Assembly (NCBI GenBank): GCA_000934665.2
Contig: KZ537972.1
Span: forward strand, 124,001 to 188,000
Source of the DNA: Catajapyx aquilonaris
Lineage: Eukaryota
DNA: 64,000 nt
Direction of reading: 5' to 3'
Position 1 is the stretch's first letter. Every line of letters starts with the position of its first letter. The position numbers and the translations under genes were made by a program. Of the stretch, positions 10,701 to 22,933 are shown piece after piece. Below the pieces are notes generated by a model that was not told the origin of the DNA, did no database searches, and was given only the letters and a program-made list of their open reading frames with translations.

Positions 10701-13700
10701 AGGGCAAAAGATTTTAAAACACCATACGTTTATGATTATAAGTCATTGCACTCACAGGACCTGTCAGCATCAATTTTAGTCATTCATTATTACATTGTAA
10801 TTAATATCATACATAGCCATGACTTTAATATGAATGTAGTGGCATTATAGAGTTTCATTACTTGAGAGTTGGGCGTTTACAGCCATGTAAAGTTTAGAGT
10901 GAGGTAGCAGGAAAATTTATGTGCTTCCCGAGCAGTTGAGTCCTTTCATGGGCCCTTAGTTACAGCTGGTACCATCATCATCGGACATTACGAAGGAGGA
11001 CATGAGAGGCCTCAAGCCAGAGAGCAGCCCACCAACACCCAGGTCACTACGATTAGAAAGGGTAGCTCAGGCCCTGGCCCAGAGCTCAGAGGAACTCAGG
11101 AGGTGAGAACAAGGGTTTTTACACACTCAAACTACTACATAATCAATCTTGATATTCATACTCATTTGTAGAGATGAATGCCATTTGGGCATTTTCATTT
11201 GTTTCTTTAATTTTTTTTAAAGATCATGGGTGGAATGTGATTTCAGCGCTTCTTTCGTAGCTTTTTACAGAGGGTTAATTCTAATAAGGCCTTTGAAAAT
11301 GCCACTCATTATTGCGCTTTGCGATGATGCTTTTTGCATAGTTGTGCTTCATTTTTTTTTCCTTAGGTGTGGGTGATTATGATTGGGATTTTTGTCTCTT
11401 CTCCCCTTCCGCCACCCCATTTTCTTTTTTCCCATTTGCGCAGAGCGGCTGTGCAAATTGTACCCTCCACCAGCCAAGCTTATACAATGGGCTCTATCGC
11501 CTCATCTCAGGACCATTTAACCACATTCAGGTTAACTAAATTAACTGTTGTGCTCATTTTAAAATTGCATGTAGTTATTTTTTTAAACCACATCCTTGTT
11601 TGTAGTCTGCTGAATCTCCATTTTTAAATATTGCTTCAATGACAATTGGCTGTGATACATTTTTGGCATGAATTTTACTCACCTTCACGTCTCTCATTTA
11701 ATGACAATGGACTCCTGCAATGCTGACTTGTCACCAGCATTGCCTCTGGCAATATATGAAGGGTGATACGCAACATCTTTTAGAAGTTTGCTTCACACAT
11801 TAGTCTTTGTAATTCCATAGCAGAGAATTGTGATATGGTCTGATTGCATTGCCTTTCCATGTTGCTCAATTCATGTAAGTAAGCCATGTACACACATGTA
11901 CCAAATAAGTGGACTTGCTTTGAATTACCCTTCATGTATTAGCAGATTATTATTATCATTATTGCAGCTGTACTACATTTCAGTGTATTCTGTACCTAGT
12001 TTAGTCTACTTGCACGAAATTATTGAACGTATGTGATGTACTTTCTGTGTTGGCAATGGCAGCACTCAAGCTTACACAAGGTAGACATGCTCGGAAATCA
12101 CTGGTCACGTTCTCTATAATTGATGGTGAGAGGTTTTTTAAAAATGTTTAAACCTATTCCACATCATGTGCACCATCAAAGTCAGATTAATATTGCAACA
12201 AATTTAATCACAAGAACTGATAATTATGTACCCTAGGTTTGCTATGACAATGCCACTGCCACTTTGTTCTATGGTGAGGTGCAATGACCATAGTTATTTA
12301 CAGCACAATATATGTTTGCACCTAACTGTAGAATTGACACATTGTTCACAAATGGTAGTTACAGTGTAGTGCTGGAATTCAGTTAGCAGACTTGACGTGA
12401 ACTAAAATATTGTGGGCCTCCCCGCAAGGGAAGGAACTTTCAAGGCAGAGAACTGATATATACATTGTCTATCCATCGCAGCAATAATGGGCTAGACCTA
12501 TTTGACATAGGGATGTCCGAAAAACTGTAAGTCCCAGAGAATTTAGAAAAAGATTTTAAAAAAGAAACCTAGGACAGTCTGTAGATGTCTAGTTAGCTGA
12601 TAAATGTGGAGATTTTGGGAACTCTTTCTCAAAACCGGGTGTGTTATTTATCGTGGTGTTGTGTTAGGAACGTAGGAAAAAAAACATAGTTGTAATCTAG
12701 CATCACTTGACCATCTTTACCTCCTATCCTGCCAACCCTCTTGATTTTCATTCGTCAGGCCAAGCTTCGTAGACAGTTCCCATGAACCAACACCCTCCCC
12801 TTTGTCCTCTGCCAACAGCAGTCAAGATTCGCTTCACAAGAGCGTCCCTACTTCCAAGAAGAAGGGCATCAAGTCTTCCCTGGGGCGGTTCTTTAGTAAA
12901 AAGGAGAAGGTGAGTTGCTTTCTCACAGATGACAGTCACTCTTCTGTTTCCCACTTGGTGACAGGGAAACGGCTAGTTATACAATCCTGAAAATAGTCTT
13001 CTCTGTCCATGCAGGCAAAAGCGAAGGAAGTGGGGATGATGTCTGGGTCATCCGGTTCAGGGGATATGTCAGGCATGTCGTCCATCTACAGCGACGGGGA
13101 CATCGGAGTATCGGACACCCTGGGTCTGGGTGGTGTCTCCCTGGGCCAAAAAGGCGATTTTGACAGGCGCAAGAAGAAAAAGTGAGCTCCTCCTGAGACA
13201 AAGTTGGTTCTAGTTTAATTTTTCACACTTGTCATTCTAGACACGAGCTTCTTGCCGAAGCGATGAAGGCAGGCACCCCATTTGCCCTGTGGAATGGGCC
13301 GACCATAGTGGCCTGGCTTGAACTATGGGTTGGGATGCCTGCCTGGTACGTGGCAGCATGCAGAGCAAACGTCAAGTCAGGAGCCATCATGAGTGCCCTC
13401 AGCGACACGGAGATCCAGCGGGAGATTGGGATCAGGTGAGTTAATCATAGTGCTTTATCTTAGAGCTTCGGGAGAAAGTGCTGTTTACCACAATTTCTCG
13501 CATTATTCATTTCCAGCAACCCCCTTCATCGGCTGAAGCTCCGCCTGGCAATTCAGGAGATGGTGTCCCTGACCAGCCCCAGTGCACCAAAGACGTCTCG
13601 AACAACCCTGGCATTTGGGGACATGAACCACGAATGGATAGGCAACTACTGGCTACCTTCCCTGGGGCTCCCTCAATACCGAACCACCTTCATGGAGTGC

Positions 13701-14795
13701 CTGGTGGATGCTCGCATGCTGGATCACCTCACCAAGAAGGACCTCAGGGGCCAGCTCAAAATGGTCGACAGCTTCCATAGGTCAGTCGGCTGCTGAAAGG
13801 CCACATTTTGAATTGCATCACATTGACATCTGAGTTAGCATGGAGCCAAAATTCTAAATTATGTGTTTTTTTCCTGTTTAGGACAAGCTTACAATATGGA
13901 ATATCTTGCCTGAAGAGGCTAAACTACGACCGTAAGCAGCTGGAGGAGAGGAGGAAGAGCTGTGAAAATGAACTCAAGGATGTGCTGGTCTGGTCCAATG
14001 ATCAGGTCATCAAGTGGGTCTCCTCCTTAGGGCTTAAGGTGAGAGAATACACACATTTGTACATTGAGCAAAATGATAGATCTGACATGTGTAGGTTGTA
14101 GTAGTTTGACTTAGGCATTCATTTTTGATATACTGCATGTAACATACCTTACATTAGAAGCCAAGCTATTGCACATACTAGTTACAGTAGGCACAACTAA
14201 AGTGTGGAAAACCAAATGATGATCTGACGTCATCGTTTCTTACATTGTTGCTTTTCATTGCTACTGTTTACTCATATTGTTCTGTGAAGGTATTTTCATG
14301 GAAACCTTGATGATGTCAGATTGCTGTTACGTTTTCCGTACTGTACCATACTGCAGCAGTGCTTGATCTAGGGATGGTTAATGTAATCAATTAATTGATA
14401 GTTTCACCAGATGTAGTTTTTGGAAGGACCATTTTTACCTCGAATAATTCATGTAGTGGGACTGTGGTCTGTAATGTTTCATTGGGGAATATATCTTTTT
14501 CAGGAGTATGCCAACAATCTCCTAGAGTCAGGTGTCCATGGTGCCTTGGTAGCCCTGGATGAGAGTTTTGATAACAACAGTATGGCTCTTGCCCTTCAGA
14601 TCCCAATGCAGAATACGCAAGTAAGCACAATTTTAATTTGTCCTCACATGGATTTCTTGCATAAAATTTGCCATGGCATTCATACATTTTGTTTTAACTG
14701 CTCCCCAGGCACGACAGATGCTAGAACACGAGTTCAATAACCTCTTGAATGTGGCAACGGATCGTCGGGTGGAATCGGAGCAGCCCAAGTCTTGA
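4750..14795 (+). CDS. Liprin-alpha: Liprin-alpha / SYD-2 (LAR-interacting presynaptic scaffold), 5'-partial, multi-exon
   Basis: Phase-consistent GT-AG exons: 4750-4824, 5405-5497, 5562-5639, 5801-5968, 6037-6156, 6215-6340, 6419-6575, 6670-6791, [6979-7049 or 7223-7335], 7906-8029, 8289-8497, 8698-8890, 10097-10183, 10966-11102, 11444-11530, 12759-12909, 13015-13181, 13241-13435, 13517-13780, 13882-14038, 14504-14620, 14709-14795 (TGA). With exon 7223-7335 the total is 3027 nt, i.e. 1008 aa plus stop. Hallmark peptides: [131 protein letters not shown]-terminal exons were not found in 1-4749. Confidence 0.96.
4890..5350 (-). mobile_element. Highly decayed CR1/L2-type LINE 3' fragment in a Liprin intron
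   Basis: Broken minus-strand frames give QPTLEFCH (cf. RPxLEYC) and [12 protein letters not shown] (cf. RxNFFSxRVxxxWN). This is motif resemblance only. Confidence 0.35.
6979..7049 (+). CDS. Liprin-alpha: Liprin-alpha alternative exon A ([24 protein letters not shown]), phase 0 to 2
   Basis: Pyrimidine tract plus CATAG acceptor, G|GTGAGT donor, open amphipathic helical frame, same phases as exon 7223-7335. Confidence 0.75.
7223..7335 (+). CDS. Liprin-alpha: Liprin-alpha alternative exon B ([38 protein letters not shown]), phase 0 to 2
   Basis: AAAG acceptor and AAG|GTATGG donor. The peptide resembles the insect Liprin-alpha segment [20 protein letters not shown] and joins in frame to exon 7906. 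Confidence 0.88.
13241..14795 (+). CDS. Liprin-alpha: Liprin-alpha C-terminal triple SAM domain exons
   Basis: SAM1 ([20 protein letters not shown]...[15 protein letters not shown]), SAM2 ([42 protein letters not shown]), SAM3 ([38 protein letters not shown]). Confidence 0.95.
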
Positions 14796-17350
14796 TATTA
14801 CACCACCCGTCGTCCCCACACCATCATATAAAAAGAATACAATACATTAATGATGCATATTAGTACAGGAAGAGCTAAACAGGGAGGCGGAATTGGAGGG
14901 AAAAGTTGATGAGGACTTGATAGTTGGTGAGTAGACGTTTTCCACAAAAGGCCCAGGAGTTGAAAGGAAAAAAAATAGGGGGGAATAACTAGACATTTCT
15001 TCCTTGTTTGTTTTGTGTTGTGTAATTTAAACCAAGACGAAAACAGTACATGGACTATTTCCACATACAATTCCTTGTATACCAAACTGTGCCGTGCATC
15101 CAAGTGGAAAATCCAACATGGGGACTTGAGTTTTTTTTTTGTTATTTTTTTTTCCCCAAGTGTGTGCTCGCTAGTTAAGGTTTTTTCAGAAAAAAATAAG
15201 AAGAAACAAGCAGACAAGTGTTTTAAAAAGGGAAATGAACATGTGGTCTTAAAGAGTCCAGTTTTCCTTTTTTATAAGAAAATACTGTATGTGAAAAAAA
15301 GACCAAAAAAAAAAGTACTAGGACGAGAATATTCCCAACAACATTTCCAAAACGTTGTTGCATGAGTTTTGAGTTGAATGGTTTATTTCTTCGAAAATTG
15401 GGGGACAAGGTGTCAAAGATTTTCACCCAACATTTAAAAAACCCAGAAAACGATTTATGTTCTTGGTAGGCTACTTGTTTATGTTCCCCTTGTACCTCCC
15501 CCTAACTAGATACAATAATGGTAATTAATAACTAATTGTAATAGGTTTAAAAAAAGAAATGAAGTGGGACTGGCAGCTTTACATTTTTTAGTACCAAAGT
15601 TGGGGGTCATAACCGCAACCTGTCTGCTCTTGGTTTTCCTTAAAAACCAGTATTAGCTTGACTCGAGTGAGTTAGCAGTTTTCCAATACCCATTAAAAAG
15701 TTTCGACAGTATGTAACTCAACCCCAGATCAGGGAATGATGAGTCAGTTTTCCGTTCTCATGGTGCCATTTCAGTACCCGTGGGCAGTGTGCATGCAAAA
15801 GTCTGATTTTTTAAAAACATCCCTACCCCGGTTCTCTGGTTCGCATTTTTAAACAATCTAGATCACAGTATTCCTTTACCATTTTTTCATTTTGATCTTG
15901 TAATGTGATTTACACATGCATGTGCCACTTTATTGTCAAAAAACAGGCAATAATCTGTAGCAGGATAGGGAAAAATCTTAGTAGAGATGTTTTGATGTCA
16001 ATACTGTGCTTAGGGACACTTGGAAGAAACAAAGAAGTCATCTCGTTTTGAACTTAAAAAACAATATGGAGGGAAGGCGAAGGATGATTTTCACACTTAA
16101 TTTAGACCTACTTAGGTTTATACTGGCAATGAGAGATGGATATGTAAATTGTACTAACATATGTGATAAAAAGGCACACTTTTATAAGTAGTGAAGAAGG
16201 TGTTTACCTCCCATTCCCAAAATATTTCTCGAGCTTGAGCCTAGTTTTAGGTTTTTTCACTGTTATTAAGAAAAAATAGGGAGTGTGCCAAGGGCAGGAA
16301 AACTACATAAAAAATATAAGCCACTCGTTTCTTTACTTTGCAGTTTATTTGCAAGACTTTGGCGCTCATTTTTAGTCGCAACAGTAAGCGCCATTACTGT
16401 AGAGCAGGCCCTTTTTTATCAATGAGAACTAGCACTGCTGCCATTTATACGATTATTCAGTTGACTATACCCATCCAGCACCTGAGCTTTGACCTCAAAC
16501 TAAATATTTTGCAAGGCAGCATGTGTATAGATTTGTTTAATTTCTTTGACCTTCCAAAGGCCTTTGCTTGGGCTTCCCCAAACTTTTGAGTTGCGTTTAA
16601 TAACAATGTTTAACGGAGGAAGTCCAACAGAGACTGATGGCATTTTCTACTGTGATCTGCAAAATAAACCTTAAAACCCCTCTTCCCTTTCTTCCCCCAC
16701 TTCCTTTTTATTGACAACAATACTGCCTTCATCTGTAGACAAGAAAAGTATACAACAGTACACATTAACAGAAACTAATAATGGTGAAACTCCCTGTACA
16801 ACAAACGACAACAATGGACCGCAAAACAGAACAAAAAGAAGAGTCATTTGGTGGATCCTGTATATACCGTGTTTCATAGATGTACCATACATCTGTAACA
16901 ATGCTGTGTGTTGCGCTGAGCCATGATCTTTTAGTCGCAAGAGAAGACTTTGTGTTCCAGATATTATTTTTTTCCTTTCTTTTTAGTTTGTTTTACTTCA
17001 CATGTGAAATGTTATCTCCTCAACCATTCCTAACTTCCCTGCAAGTAACTTTTTTTTAAATGTACATTATAACTAACTTACTGCAGGCAGTATGCAAGAC
17101 AAAGAGCGAAACTCATCCAGTATTTATACAGTGGGACGGAAAAACAGTTGTTCCTCTACGTGTATTTTGTGCATTTTTTGGTACTGGTACAGTCAAGCAG
17201 AGGATGTTTTAAGACTATTTCTCCAACTCAAAAAACCTCAAATCCCACCCAACCCCACACCCCCCCACAACAGAAAAAAGATCATGGCCTCCTTGTTTTT
17301 CGTTCTGTGCAAGTCAACTAGCGAGCAGAATAAAGTGAATGTTTGAATCG
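14796..17350 (+). other. Probable long 3' UTR of Liprin-alpha
   Basis: AT-rich non-coding sequence after the stop, with AATAAA at ~16663 and at 17329-17334 followed by T-rich sequence. The 3' end is inferred. Confidence 0.5.
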
Positions 17351-20300
17351 GACATGACTTTCTTTCAGGATCATTGTGACGTAACTGGTGGCACGAGCAT
17401 TATGCAACATTTTTCAGATTTTTAACTGTTATAGTCATGTACATTAATAATTTAAAGAAATAATATCACTTTAGATCTTTAGATGACATATACGTTTTGC
17501 ATTGTTGCAGTATGGCAATTTTCAGCATTCCAGTTTGTAGTTTGGTTGGCAGTTCTCTTATTGCTTATTGGTGGTGGAGCATGAAGTGCTCTCAGGGTGG
17601 TGCAACTGCAGGACTTCTGTACGCTACGGTAAGGATTGCATCGAAGCCAGCTACATAACGTAACTGGCTCATTGCACCACCTTGTATATGAGCACTTTTT
17701 TTTACATTCAATACCCTCTGACGCACACCATCCTTTAACCTCCCCTTTTTGAACCCATTGTCATCTCCACCTCCCAAACTCAATTCATGTGGCTTCTCAT
17801 ATTGGTCCCAAACGAGCCGTGTAATAAATCCGAGGGGCAACAATCCAGGCGCCTAATTAGAGTGTCAATAGGGTCCCAATAGTGACTGCATTGTAGTCCC
17901 TTCCTCCCTTCCATATGCCCCTTGTTTATTTAGAAGGAAAAGGTATATACAGCCTAGGAAGGGGGGGAAGCTGGTGCACAGTGTGCAGATGCCTTGTACT
18001 GGTCCAAAATGGGGGTCTAATCCCAGACTAAACACCGCATTTGCATTTATTGCCAATGCTCTCTCTCTCTCCATCTGGTTTTCCGCCAGCAGATTTTTCT
18101 TGACGTCTCCATTCAGCTGAAAGCACAAAGGGTCGAAGCATTCTTTTCAAAACGCCATTTACGACAAATTTGGGGACTTTTAGCCCCAAAATGGACCACC
18201 AGGTGACACGTGCTGGAAACAAAAAAATTGTATTGTTGCAGGCTGGGAAACGGCCATTGCAGGTACTGGTGAGACCCCTTTAGGCCTATTAGTCCCAACG
18301 TTTCTTTCGGTGGCTTCCTGTGGGGATGGGTTGACATTTTAAGTGACATATATCAGTGTGAAGAAGAGCTGTCTGTAAATTTATCGCTAGTGGGTCCGGT
18401 TGGGGGGTTGAAATTTTTGGACATGGCAGGGGGTCTGGGCATCCGTTTTTGATCCTCCCCCAGCCCCCCCAGTTTTCCCCCGGTCCATTGAGCCCGGTTG
18501 TCATCGGGCCTGCGAAACCAGAACCGATTTATTGCCTCTGGCAGTAGCAGAGCTAATGATTTTTAAAATGGCGGGTTCCTCTCAGTATACGTTTTGCGGT
18601 CCAGGTTGCCAAAGTATGGGTTGAGATCAAGATTAATGAAGGAATCATAACGGGAGCGGGGGATGGGTGTCAAATGATGGATGATGGGAGGGGTTGGGTT
18701 GATGGGTTGCTGAGTAGGATGGTACCCAAGAACCATTGTTGTGGGTTGGATCCTAGGGTGATGGGATGAGGTGGCAACGGTGCTGCCAGGTGGAAAAATC
18801 TATTGTTGCTGAACCTCCTTTTCATGCCCGTATCTCGCAAATGGCATGATTGACTTGCATGCCACTTTTAGGACCAAACGAGAGCGTGATTCGAGTAAAC
18901 TTTTTCCTGTTACCAAGGAAATTCAAAATTGGACTACAACGACGTAGAATGTTGTCGGTCTTATTTCTGGTCACGGAAAATAATTTCTAATGCATGTAGA
19001 CTTGGCATTGAAGCAGTGAACCCAGAAACCGGAAGCCCGAATCCGAAAACCGTTTGTCGCTACAATTTCAGCCCTCATACCTGTCCACAGACGGACAGAG
19101 CAGTTCTATAAGATTTTTTTTATGAGAAAAAGTCTGAAATTAAATTGGTAATGCAGGGATGCGCTGACATCTACTTTGACTCCGTCATGTCGTGCCGGTT
19201 TCCCGGAAAGAGCAGCGTGCGCCATCTACTGATTTCCTTCTCAACATCCCCGCACAAAACATAATATTACTGTAGATGAATTTGCTCCATTGTTCTGACA
19301 ACGTTGCCAAAATTACTCCCCATGGACCTAAAAATAATTTGCACCCTCTTATTCGTTTCGGAGCTTTGGCAACGTCGGCCATTTTTCTCCCAAACGTAGC
19401 GTTGGAAATAAATGTAGCCCAGTACATCCAAGTCATTGATAATGCCAACCGTGCGCACTCGGTTGCGTTCGTTCAAAACTCATCTACGTAGTAGCAATTT
19501 AGCTAATTTTTAAATACTTTTAAAGCACCTTGACTTTGCTAGAGTGCTGATGGCCGTTTTTACGATTTATTAATCCTATGCTGGTCCTTTTTTCGTCCCC
19601 ATCCAGGTGTGGCTCCCCCTTCCCAAAAAACGGTGTCCCGCCACTACTTCCCTTCCCAAGTAATAAAATTGTAACTCTTTGATCATTATGCGCGTGACAA
19701 GCAGGGTGTTGAGCGTCGGAGGGTAGCCCTGGAGCCATTCATGCGCGAAATTAATAGCTGGTACTATTTGCATCCCTGGCCAATGGGATCATCCTTGAAT
19801 GGATATCCCCATTTTGGAGTGGCATGACCAAGCTCTTCCCGAGTGCCATCCTCCCATTCTCTTTTGTATCTTGTCACCCAGCTGCTGACAATAATGGATC
19901 CCACTCGAGTCGGCCATCTTTTATATATGGAAGCCACCTGGGGGGGTTATATGGGTGGGTGGTGCCCTCTTCACAGAAAAGTGGCATCAAGGCGCGTGCT
20001 ATGATGATTGATGATTCGGTTGTCAAATATGACCAAACATGGGGATGCGCCATGTTTCGTGCCGCGTCGAAACGGATTAAATTCGGAGCCTGTTTTCCAG
20101 AGTAAATAAGGGACTAGTCGCGCTTATTGCGTGGAGGACGTTGAATTAATTAGGAGGGCCCCACGCCGGACTAATTACGGATTTATGTGTGAAACTTGGC
20201 TCCGCGGCGACTTAAGTATTGGCTAAGCCGATTATGCCTGTAAGTGCTGTATACATGGTGCGCTGATCAAGTGTTGTGGATTGTGCACAGCTGTTAATGG

Positions 20301-22607
20301 AATTCGCTAATTTCTAGTTTTAAAAAGCATATTTTAGGGACGCCAAATATAATGAATAAATTTCAACATAAAATTAATTTGGGACTAATTAGGTAATGTG
20401 ACCATGAGAGAGCACTTTGCAACTAGTATATAAGACTAATTGGAGGATTTGTGTAACGAAACTTTACTCCTCGACATAAGCGCATTACTTGTATAGGAAG
20501 AATATGAGTCACATGTAGCACGACACCAGCTGAGAGAACAAAAGCAAATGAGGTCCAATCAATAGCCTCAAATCACGCTACATGCTAATGGTCTTTAGAG
20601 CATTAAATAATTATTGCCTGCTGTGAAATTTATTGGCGATTAGCGACCTCTTTACAAAGATGGCCGCGTTTTTTTATATAGTCCGCGTGTGTGTTGCATT
20701 ATTCTATAGTAGATTCTATTCTGTTTAGGGTCAGACACGAGCCTCTCTCTTTGAATGTAATGTCCACTCCAAAAAAAGCTAGGGGATGAATAACTTGCAG
20801 TCACGAAATCTCCGCATTTTCTCTCAATTAAGTCCGAAAGGGAAATGGCCCTTTCACGCCCTTTTCTCATTGGATGTCTCCTGCCGCTTCGATCATCCCG
20901 ACATGACAATATCACTCTTTGTGATTTCATTAAATATGAAGCTCGTGTCTATTGATTGGTGTGCCGCTTCATAAATCGCATGTGTAATGTAAGTGGAATT
21001 TGACCCATCGTACATTATCGACGCATTAAGATGACACTACGTCACGCACTTTTCTTCTATTTTTAAAAAAATGTGTCGCAAATGACTTGAACGCACGAAT
21101 AATTAGCCAGTCAAAAATTGTTGGGTAATGACTCCAAATTAAAGCACACGATGAGTACTCTTTCCATACGAGTAGGCAATGTGTAATCAGCAAAAAGGGT
21201 CGAAAAAAACTATTGATCTACATAAATTAGTGGGCGATCGGTTAATCTAAGCGCCCGTGTAATTTTTTTTTCAGGTGGGGATTATAGACGCGTTACACAT
21301 GAACGGTTAATATGTCCACAAACTAGTCTGTTGGAACTTGATGACTATCGGGTATTATTGGCAGCAAGTACGCCACATATACGTCATTACTGCAGATATT
21401 ACTGTAGGCCTGAGAAGAATTTGGAGCCAAAACATCTGGTCCCCAGAGGATGAATATATCAACGGGGGGGGGGGGGGGGGGNGGCATGGAAGAGAAAAAA
21501 ACTCCACGAAAACAAAACAGATAACGGTAGGACTCACGCCATTATTGAGTAGTACTCAATAATGCAGCGGGATAGGTTGAAATCCCCATTACTGTGGCAT
21601 TAGACTGTAATAAGTTTTGTTGGGGGAAAATAATGAGTTAGTCACTAACACCCGTTTTTTCCAATCTTGTCAACAATTAACAATTGCCCCCATTATTATC
21701 AATATTTTTTGGAGGTATTCAAACTGTCCTTGCCGATGTCATTACTCCGTATTCAACACCTGCCATATGTCCATTGCCAATTTGTGTTCATAAAAATTGG
21801 CAAGGTCACACCTAGAGATCCTTGTGCGGACAGGTTTGCGAATAGCACGTTCCCTTTTTTTTTGCAATATTCCGCAGCATCTTGCCCCCTGCGGTCACCT
21901 TGTGGTCAATAGGCTAGGAACAGGCCGGACAGATGTGCTGTGGGAAAAAAAAAGTGCAGCTGTGCATAGATATAACGTAAGTCCAGGAAAAGGCAGTTCT
22001 ATGATAGACCCCCCAGGGGGGTGATCAATATGGTCCGAGGGGTAAAAGGTCAGGAAACAAAAGGATGCATTACCTTAGGGGGGGAATCTGCTCAAAAAGG
22101 GAGGCCTATCCACCCACTGTTGCGGACATGGAAAAAGAGCAGTTCGTCATAACTAACTTGCTCAGACTACCGAGAGTAATTATGGGCAAAACCGTTAACA
22201 TTCTTTTATATAGTAACTACCTAATTAAGCTAACTCGCCGTGTGAAAAAAACTTACCCCCCCCCCCCCNTGTTTTTTGTAAGCAGCTCGAATATTGATGA
22301 CGTTGGACACGAGGGGGCCTTCTTCTCCCCCCCACCCCCACCTTTTTTGGGGTGACTATTGAATGGGTCACTCTATTGAGTTGGGAACGCGTGCCCCTTT
22401 TTAGGCTTCCCGTTTTTTTTCCATAAAAAGGGAAAAAAATATTGGCCATATTATGCCATGGTGGGTACAGGGTGTGCCAAAAACTTAATATTTCCATGGA
22501 GGGTGTAGGTGAATGTGTCGGTTCCCTTTTTGAGCCTCCCCCCCCCCCTCCCCACCCCGGGTTTGCTATTGGGGGGAGACTAGTGGGGGAGAAATGGGCG
22601 GTGCGAC

Positions 22608-22774
22608 ATGAGCGGAGGCCGCGTGGTTGAAAAGAGAGTGTTGAGCTTCAGTGATGGGCGGGAAGAGCTGGAGGAAGCAGACAAGTACAGGGGGTGCTCG
22701 TAACAACATGCTGGTGAAGGAACAACATGCCGCTCATTCAGGACTTTGCCACTGAAGGATCCAAAAGCCACAAA
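22608..22774 (+). other. Candidate upstream Gsx exon (uORFs plus an in-frame ATG at 22727)
   Basis: Donor AAA|GTAAGC at 22775 and acceptor TTACAG| at 22921. ATG 22727 gives MPLIQDFATEGSKSHK joined in frame to [10 protein letters not shown]. The 5' end of the exon is unknown. Confidence 0.5.
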
Positions 22775-22933
22775 GTAAGCTGATTGTTTGTATTTTGAGG
22801 TGGAAGCAATTTTTGGTCCACCCTGTAAATTAATGTCCAACTAAATTTTCCGAATATTGCATGACCTTGTTTAGATGGTTACATTAATCCAAATTAATGC
22901 AAAAAATAATTGCAATTACAGCCTGAGAAGCGA

